From Pachysolen tannophilus NRRL Y-2460 (Eukaryota), in assembly GCA_001661245.1 (NCBI GenBank), contig KV454018.1, positions 183,944 through 247,793 on the forward strand: DNA of 63,850 nucleotides. Reading direction: 5' to 3'. Under the pieces are notes generated by a model. The model made no database searches, was not told where the DNA came from, and saw only the letters and a list, made by a program, of their open reading frames with translations. Shown one piece after another: positions 56,352 through 63,850 of this stretch (positions within the stretch are counted from its first letter, which is position 1; each line of letters opens with the position of its first letter). Position numbers and translations under genes: made by a program.

Positions 56352-58829
56352 ATGATGGATGGTTCCATCAGGAATAGTGATTTGGCAAATTTACTTTATC
56401 AACCAAAATATGTCCGGACTTATAAGAAGAGTAAGAAGTCAACGCAACAATTTCATAAAATATTTCTAGCACAACAATTGAATGGTAGTAATGGGAAGGC
56501 ACCTATTCTGCAAATAGATTTAGAGAATCAGTATTCAACTTATGATGTAACTGGGCTTCCATCAAAGAATGAAAATAATAGTTCTGAGAGTAATAGCTCT
56601 GAAAGCAATAGGAGTAATAGTAATAGTAATAGTACTAGTAATAGTAATATTGTTGTTGGTGATGATAATAATGATGGTAGTATTATTTTCAATGGCGGCG
56701 ATGAAAACGATAAGAAGCAAAAGAAGAGTACTGATAATTCCAAATCTATATGGACAATGGAATTTAGTAAAGATGGAAAATATTTGGCAACTGGTGGTCA
56801 GGATGGTATAATAAGAATTTGGAAAACTTTATCTTCACCTTTAAGTAGATTGGAATGTGAAACGGAAGCCAAAAATCCTACTTCGAATCATACTACAGAT
56901 ACAACTTATGATGATACAAATAGTAACTTTAGTAATAGTTTCCAATCTTCAGATAAATTATATGCTCCTGTTTTCCATCCGTCACCTATTAGAGAATATC
57001 ATGCTCATCTGCAAAGTGTATTATCATTAAATTGGTCAAAAAATAATTTCTTATTATCTTCATCAATGGATAGAACTACTAAATTATGGCATGTTGATCG
57101 TAAAAGTTGTTTAAAAACTTTTCAACATGATGATTTTGTAACAAGTTGTTGTTTCCACCCTAAGGATGACAGGTTTTTCCTTAGTGGTTCATTAGATAAT
57201 AAGTTACGTCTTTGGTCAATCTTAGATAATGAAGTTGTAAGTGAAAAAATCTTACCTGGACTAATAACTGCAACTTGCTTTACTCCAGATGGTGAAAAAG
57301 TGGTTATTGGTAGCTTCAATGGTTGGTGTTATGTTTTAGAAACTAGAACATTTGATATTATTTATGAATTTGAAATTAAGAAAAAAAAATCTTATTTACT
57401 TCATCATAGAAATACTCAATCATCTACTAGCAGTGGATCAAAGATAACTGGATTGGATGCTTATGAAGTTAGAGAAAAAGATCATTCTACAAACCTTTCA
57501 ACTTTAAAATTACATATTTTAGTTACCTCCAATGATTCAAGAATTAGAATATTTGATTGTGATTCAAAATCATTAACCTGTGAATTTAAAGGATTAAGTA
57601 ATGAATTTTCACAAATTGCTGGGAACTTGGATGAAGAAAAACAATTTTTAATAAGTGGTTCTGAAAATCATTGGTGTTACATTTGGGATGTAAAAGAAAG
57701 GCAAGAAATACCTAATAAGAAATTACATAATTTCTTATTATCAAAACGTAATCATTCAACTAAGACTTTGAATAATAAAGTGAAAAATGTAGCTGTGAAA
57801 AATAATAATTATATATGTTTCCATGCCCATCACACAGAGATAACAAACGCAGTATTTGCACCATCATTAACAACAAAGTTATTGGAGTTATCAAATGATC
57901 CTTTGTGTGAACTTTATCATAACAGACAAATTCTTTTATCGGGTCTAACTTCTTCTTCTCCACCTTCAGGTTGTCAATCATTTTCATCAAATAATTCATT
58001 GGCTGCTACGAATTCCAAATCTCATTCTCCATTATCAACATCAACACAAGAAACACCCAACGGAAGTGGTGCAAACTCTGCCACTGCTGCTACTTCTGCC
58101 ACTGCTGCTGATTCAGCCGCTGCTACCGCCTCAGCGGCTGCTGCCAAGGAGATAGAAGACGAATTTCATCCATCAACTGCAGTGATTGTAACGTCTGACC
58201 AGAATGGTAATATAAAAGTTTTCAGACAAGATTTTTGCTATAATATACGGAGAGCAATTTTACTGCATGATCATTCCAAGAAAAGACCTATCTTCCGAAC
58301 TGTTGAATCAAATGGTTCATTTGTAACATCTTTAGTACCTTCATCTCATCGAAGATTAAGTGTCTCAAGAGCATCAAACGAAGGTTCATTAACAAGACCA
58401 AAATCATTGTTAAGATCGGGATCGAAGAAATTGAACAGAAATTTATCTGTCCCACTAGCATCTTCCTCTGTGGCAACAATCACAGAATCAGAAAATACAC
58501 TGTCCGGAGCTAGTAGCACTAAACTGTTACAAATAGACGATGGATGGCCTTCAAAGTTGTCATCCCATTCCACTTCTCATGCAAGTTTCTCTAGCTCTTC
58601 AATTGGAGACGATTCAACTTCAAGCATGTCACTACAACATGAAGTTTCATTCTCAGATCATCCTGATATAGCAAATTTGACCCATTTTGCACGTGAAGAC
58701 GATGAATTAAATGAACGTGTGGCAAAACTTTCAACTAATGATAAAGAAAATAAAGAAAATAAAGAAAATCACAGAGGAAGAAAAAGACTAAATTCTTTAG
58801 ATGAAAAAGTGTTGGGGAATAGTCATTAA
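56352..58829 (+). CDS. DGR2: WD40 protein, Dgr2/YMR102C (WDR44-like)
   Basis: FHKIFLAQQL, IWTMEFSKDGKYLATGGQDG, LNWSKNNFLLSSSMDRT, FHPKDDRFFLSGSLD, LVTSNDSRIR. Confidence 0.82.
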   Translation: MMDGSIRNSDLANLLYQPKYVRTYKKSKKSTQQFHKIFLAQQLNGSNGKAPILQIDLENQYSTYDVTGLPSKNENNSSESNSSESNRSNSNSNSTSNSNIVVGDDNNDGSIIFNGGDENDKKQKKSTDNSKSIWTMEFSKDGKYLATGGQDGIIRIWKTLSSPLSRLECETEAKNPTSNHTTDTTYDDTNSNFSNSFQSSDKLYAPVFHPSPIREYHAHLQSVLSLNWSKNNFLLSSSMDRTTKLWHVDRKSCLKTFQHDDFVTSCCFHPKDDRFFLSGSLDNKLRLWSILDNEVVSEKILPGLITATCFTPDGEKVVIGSFNGWCYVLETRTFDIIYEFEIKKKKSYLLHHRNTQSSTSSGSKITGLDAYEVREKDHSTNLSTLKLHILVTSNDSRIRIFDCDSKSLTCEFKGLSNEFSQIAGNLDEEKQFLISGSENHWCYIWDVKERQEIPNKKLHNFLLSKRNHSTKTLNNKVKNVAVKNNNYICFHAHHTEITNAVFAPSLTTKLLELSNDPLCELYHNRQILLSGLTSSSPPSGCQSFSSNNSLAATNSKSHSPLSTSTQETPNGSGANSATAATSATAADSAAATASAAAAKEIEDEFHPSTAVIVTSDQNGNIKVFRQDFCYNIRRAILLHDHSKKRPIFRTVESNGSFVTSLVPSSHRRLSVSRASNEGSLTRPKSLLRSGSKKLNRNLSVPLASSSVATITESENTLSGASSTKLLQIDDGWPSKLSSHSTSHASFSSSSIGDDSTSSMSLQHEVSFSDHPDIANLTHFAREDDELNERVAKLSTNDKENKENKENHRGRKRLNSLDEKVLGNSH

Positions 58830-59239
58830 ACAGAGATAGTCAATTCAATCATTGTTATAAATATTATATTTATTCAAAGAAAACAAAAAACGGTATAAAA
58901 TTGGATACATAATTCTTTCGTTATACTTTACTTTACTTTTACTTTAACTTTATTTTATTTTATTCCTTTTGGTTCTAAAAGCTTTATTCTTTTTTTGTTA
59001 TTTTCGTTCATACTTCTGGTTATCTGTATATTAGGTTCTATTAGTAGGAGGTTTTTTTGGTGAGCTCATATATATATGTATATATTTATATGAATGATAT
59101 TTCTTTTGTATTCAATGTTTTGAAACTGGTATTGAATTCTCGTGTAAACTTTTCATGTAAATAAATAAGTAAATAGATCATATATACGAAGTAGAGAACT
59201 TGTGTTTATAATTGATAGAAGGCACCAGACAACCAGACA

Positions 59240-59910
59240 ATGGACTATGATGGTTATACCGTGTTGAAGCAAGTGAGATCGATTTCTGATTTACCATCGG
59301 CGTTGGAGATCAATTCAAAGACTTTTCATTTAAAACTTGCATTTTACCTATTGACAATATACAAAGATCCGTATAAGACCCATATTCCACCTCAATTACT
59401 AGTGACAGATTTTACTGAAAATAAGGAGATTCGAAGTTCATTGATTCCCATTGATTGTGATTTTGGAGATGTTGAAAAATCCCAAGTACTATCACAAGGT
59501 AATTTTTTTTTCAATATATCATTGGAGTATATGCAATTAGCAGAGTTCTTGAATGAAGTAGCAAAGATAATAGGTAGAAGACCAAATCCTAGTCACCTTA
59601 CTGATTGTATGTTAACAAAGTATGGATTGACATTGGAAGTGGATTTGTTGTTGAAGACTTATAATAATCAGATTCAAGGTAAATGTTTAAATTTTAAATT
59701 ACTGGATTATAACTTATGGGAATTGAATAATCCCAAGATAAACAATTTAGTTTTCAGACTTCAAGATTTTGCAACTCATGATTGGATTGAAAGGCTACCT
59801 GGGTACAGCATTTTTTACAGAAAGCTTCATGATGTTGTGAAACTGAGTGAACCAAAGGTTACAAGATTGCCGAAAGATGAAAATACTTTGGAACCGAAAA
59901 TACCAGAGGA

Positions 59911-59944
<34 letters not shown>

Positions 59945-60448
59945 CCTGTAAATAAGAAGAGAAAAGTGAACCCCGCATTTTTGTTTAACGGCAGCAGGAC
60001 TCATGGGAATAATAATGTAGACACCCAGCAATTGTTAAATGATCAACTTTCAGGATCAACACAACTCTTCAATGATTTTGAACAAGACATTTTATTTGAA
60101 GAAAATGAAGAAGACGTAGATTTCATAACTACAACAATTTCATTAAAAGACCTAATCAGAACTTCGTCCTCGAAAACAAATAACAATAAGATACTTGAAG
60201 TCAAAGGTTATCTCATAAATTATGATCATAGCTACGGTAAGAATAATTACATTTTTGTAGAAAATTTAAGCTTAAAGAAGATCAACAGTAATAACTCCAT
60301 TGTTATTAATACTAGCAGCCAGCAGCCACACATATCGTTGAAACTGAATAAACTCCTTGAAAGACCCATAACTTTAAAGATAAAGAAAGAATTTAAGCAA
60401 ATTGGAAATTTGTGGAAACTGTTTTATCATTTAATTGAAATTGTATGA
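59240..60448 (+). CDS. Unknown protein, possibly a two-OB-fold telomere protein (Cdc13/Pot1-like)
   Basis: 402-aa ORF with LLVTDFTEN and LKTYNNQIQG motifs, a low-complexity linker containing (CTG)10, and a beta-rich C-terminal domain. Confidence 0.55.
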
Positions 60449-60538
60449 AAAATAAATTGACGGTGTCGCGTCTTTATTTTTCAACCAAACTGTATATTGT
60501 ATTATTAAAATATATAATTAAATTATTAAGATTAAAAT

Positions 60539-61747
60539 ATGAAAAGAATGGCAGCGTGAGTCTATTTATTTCTTGATTATATTACCATTGAGTAGAGAAG
60601 GTTAACTAACATATAGAATAAAAATTATAATGTAATATTTGTTATTTGTTATTTGTTATTTATTATTATTAAAAGTAAAAAAGAGATTACTGAATCGTTT
60701 AAATTTACGAGAAATTCAAAAGTTCAAATGAAGTTTGGTGCTCATGTAGGTATGGCCGGAGGAGTATCTAATTCCATAAAGAATTGTATGGATATAGGAG
60801 GGAACTCATTTGCTCTTTTTTTAAAATCGCCAAGAAGATGGGAATCACCACCATATTCAAAAGAAGAAATAGAGACATTTCATAATTTATGTAAAGAATA
60901 CAATTATAATCCAAGAACAGATATTCTTCCTCATGGATCATATTTTATCAATTTAGCTAATCCAGATCAAGAAAAGGAATTGAAGGCTTATGATTCATTT
61001 TTGGATGATTTGAAAAGGTGTGAACTTTTAAATATTGGACTTTATAATTTCCACCCAGGTAGTGATCTAGGTTCAGATCATACAACTGCTTTAAAGAAAT
61101 TAGCATCAAATATAAATAAAGCCATTAAAGAGACAAATTTTGTTAAAATTGTTATTGAAAACATGGCGGGACATGGTAACTTAATTGGATCTGATCTTAA
61201 TGATATTAAATTTGTCATTGATTTAATTGAAGATAAATCAAGAGTTGGTGTTTGTATAGATACATGTCATTCATTTGCTGCAGGTTATGATTTGAGAACT
61301 GAAGAAACCTATAAAGAATTTTGGGATAAATTTGATGAAATTATTGGTCGTAAATATTTAGCTTCAGTACATTTAAATGATTCTAAAGCACCAATTGGTG
61401 CTAATAGAGACTTACATCTGAAATTGGGTTATGGTTTTCTTGGATTAGAAACTTTTAGGTTAATTGCCAATGATGAAAATTTGCAAAATATTCCAATAGT
61501 ATTAGAGACACCTGTGGATAAAGGTAATGAATCAGAATATGGTGATGAAATCAAGTTATTGGAATGGTTGATTGGTAAATCAAAAGATGACTCTGAATTC
61601 AAAGAAAAATCTGCAAAATTATCAAAATTAGGTGAAAGTGAAAGAAAAGATCAATTGGCCAAGTATGAGAAAAAAGTTACTAAAAAACGGAAAAGTGAAA
61701 ATGATATTCTTTCAGCATTAAAGAAGAATAATAAAAAATCCAAATAA
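60539..61747 (+). CDS. APN1: AP endonuclease (endonuclease IV family); probable exon 1 60539-60555, intron 60556-60675, exon 2 60676-61747
   Basis: KFGAHV, PHGSYFINLAN, YNFHPGS, IENMAG, CIDTCHSFAAGYD, HLNDSK, LETP. A GTGAGT donor and AACTAAC branch lie upstream, and the AAG acceptor at 60675 is in frame. The identity is secure; the exon structure is inferred. Confidence 0.9.
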
Positions 61748-61906
61748 AAGTTTCTTTGGCTTTTTTCTTTTTTTTTGTTTTTTGTTTTTTGTTTTTGCTT
61801 TTTGGACTTTAAATGAAATTGAAATGAAAAAAAATTAACTATCTCTCTAAATATTTGTCTACAAATTCTATATATAAAATTTTTATTTATTTAATTAATT
61901 AATTTA

Positions 61907-63205
61907 TTAGTTACCGTTTTCAATTTTTACATCTTGTGCTTGTATCTTTTTTGAATCACTTAATCCATTTTTTTCTTCAATATTTTTTTCAGATTTAACA
62001 CCATCAAACAGCCAATGTTCATCTGTTGAAACTTTAAATTCAAACCATTTAAGTACTAATTTTTCAATTTTATTTCTTAATTTAGTAAAATCTTCATCGT
62101 TTATGGTAACAATTTCAGGTTTTTGTAATAAATGTATCAAGACTTTATTTAATTTTGTATTTTTTATCAGACTAATCTCTGCTGTTTTCATCTTTGATAA
62201 TTCATCAATTAATTGAATAATACGATCAAAATCTGTATTTTTTTTAAAATTTTTTAAATAATTAATATATTCAGCAGAAGTAAAATTATTTTTCGGTATT
62301 AAAAGTTTTTCTTGTAATAAAGTCCTAGTATTGAAAAAAATCTTTGTATGTTTGTTAATATTTTCAAATAATTGTTTTGATGGTGGTATGAATTTAGTAA
62401 CAATATCAGTATTATTTTCATTTTCATCATCTAATCCCCAATCAGAATCAGAACTTTCTTCTTCTTCTTCTTCTTCTTCTTCAGATTCAAGGTAATCATC
62501 TTCACCATCTATTTCATCACCTTCTATATCGTCATGACTCTTTGACTTGACAATTTTCTTTGTCTTTTTTTTCCCATTACTTTTATTCTTTGATAATGTA
62601 GATTTCAGTTTCAGTTTCAATTTTGTTGATTTTTTTTTCTGTGACAGCAGCGGCAGAGATTTTTTCCTCTTTATACTTTTCCTTCTAGGAACAACAACCA
62701 CTTCCCCATCATCATCATCTTCATCGTCAAACGCAGCATCATCAATATCTACATCTGCATCCAGGTCCAGATCCAGGTCCAGAACTGCATCGGCATCTAC
62801 ATCTGCTTCAGCATCTTCATATTCACCATTGGCATCCGTTTCAAAACCTTGATTTTCAACAACTGATTCTGGTTCTGGTTCTGGTTCTGGTTGCTTTGGA
62901 ATCACATCTTCCGATTTCGGGTTAGTTTTCGCAATTTCAAAAGCTTTTCTTAAATTTCCTTTACATTTCTTTGGATTTTCTAAGAATTTTTCAATATATT
63001 CAATATCAATTTTTGTTAAATTTTTAGCACTATTCCAAAAAAATGTATTATCACCCAAGAAAAATACCGGATATACAGCGTGTTTAACTTTTGGTTTTTG
63101 AGATAAAACATTCGCAGGTAAACGAGATTCGGGACATATAATTGCAGGCCAAGCAGCATATCCTGGAATCTTGGACAACACCAATTCCTCTTCGTTAAAT
63201 GACAT
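61907..63205 (-). CDS. PDP3: PWWP-domain chromatin protein, Pdp3-like
   Basis: LVLSKIPGYAAWPAIICP...VFFLGDNTFFW PWWP domain, acidic/basic linker and a C-terminal helical TKLNKVL domain. ATG at 63205. Confidence 0.6.
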   Translation of the reverse strand: MSFNEEELVLSKIPGYAAWPAIICPESRLPANVLSQKPKVKHAVYPVFFLGDNTFFWNSAKNLTKIDIEYIEKFLENPKKCKGNLRKAFEIAKTNPKSEDVIPKQPEPEPEPESVVENQGFETDANGEYEDAEADVDADAVLDLDLDLDADVDIDDAAFDDEDDDDGEVVVVPRRKSIKRKKSLPLLSQKKKSTKLKLKLKSTLSKNKSNGKKKTKKIVKSKSHDDIEGDEIDGEDDYLESEEEEEEEEESSDSDWGLDDENENNTDIVTKFIPPSKQLFENINKHTKIFFNTRTLLQEKLLIPKNNFTSAEYINYLKNFKKNTDFDRIIQLIDELSKMKTAEISLIKNTKLNKVLIHLLQKPEIVTINDEDFTKLRNKIEKLVLKWFEFKVSTDEHWLFDGVKSEKNIEEKNGLSDSKKIQAQDVKIENGN

Positions 63206-63850
63206 TTCAATATAGATCAATTATTATAGATATCTATTATTATTATTTATATTATAATAAAATCTTTAAAAAAATACGAGTTTTTATACTTTTCATTAAC
63301 AAAATTGTAAAATCAAAAATTTTGAGTTGACTTCGCACTACTGCGTTAATCATTAATTGAAAAGAATTAAAGAATAAAGATAAAAGAGATATATCAAAAA
63401 CTTTTGATATTGAACCAACCAAATAATTGGATAATTGGAAAGGGAAATTGGGTTCTTCCCGTTATTTCTCTGGTTTTCTTTTATTGACCAAGACAAAAAA
63501 TTATTAAAACAACTAAGAGAATCTAAAAAAAAAAAAAAAAAAAAAAAAATTGTTGTAAATAACAGAAAAACTAAAGGTACTCAAACCTAAAAAAAAATAT
63601 AACAAAAGATAATGGGAGGAAAATAAGAAAAAGAAATTTGAAATAGAAGGAAAGAAAAGAAACACAAAAAAAAAAAAAAATAAAAAAAAAGGTATATAAA
63701 AAAATAAAAAAAAGCTTGATTAAACTATCCATACCAATCAGAATTCAACAACTCACTATAAAAGAAAGAAAAATAAAAAAAAAGATATTTTCAACTTCAT
63801 TGATTGTATTTTTTGTAAATTTATTTTTTTTTTTATTTTTTTTTTTTTTT

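Noticed and set aside
59912..59941. Poly-Leu stretch as a transmembrane helix or signal anchor
   Set aside because: All ten codons are CTG, most likely Ala in this organism, inside a hydrophilic linker.

Overview
AT-rich, gene-dense budding-yeast (Saccharomycotina) nuclear DNA with about 27 protein-coding loci, 2 tRNA genes and 2 assembly gaps. In-frame CTG codons fit alanine much better than leucine, which points to the CUG-Ala clade (Pachysolen/Nakazawaea-type yeasts), so the supplied translations are probably wrong at every CTG. Gene order: IRR1/SCC3 (runs off the left edge, absent from the ORF track), CDC26, SSM4/DOA10, a Lys/Asp-repeat membrane protein, a copper amine oxidase, a secreted Cys-rich protein, tRNA-Pro(UGG), GDE1, a small ORF, tRNA-Tyr(GUA, intron), CDC8, GTT3 (intron), a YCR023C-like MFS transporter, TRS85 (two pieces), EMP70/TMN2, RGT1, an EAP1-like gene (intron), a mitochondrial helical protein, URC2, a PalI/Rim9 protein, RPF1, GGC1, ADK1, a SEG1-like gene (intron), a TAH11/CDT1-like gene, a DGR2-like WD40 gene, a possible Cdc13/Pot1-type OB protein, APN1 (probable intron) and a PDP3-like PWWP gene. 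The most striking structure is a clean ~1,011-bp inversion (30332-31342). It cuts TRS85 in the middle of a conserved motif and flips the EMP70 promoter, and reversing it restores both. Other points of note are four 5' introns missed by the ORF track, a four-copy dyad array in the RPF1/GGC1 promoter, a perfect 30-bp palindrome in the RGT1 promoter and an orphan Pol III B-box. Gene names come from motifs recalled from memory; no database search was run.
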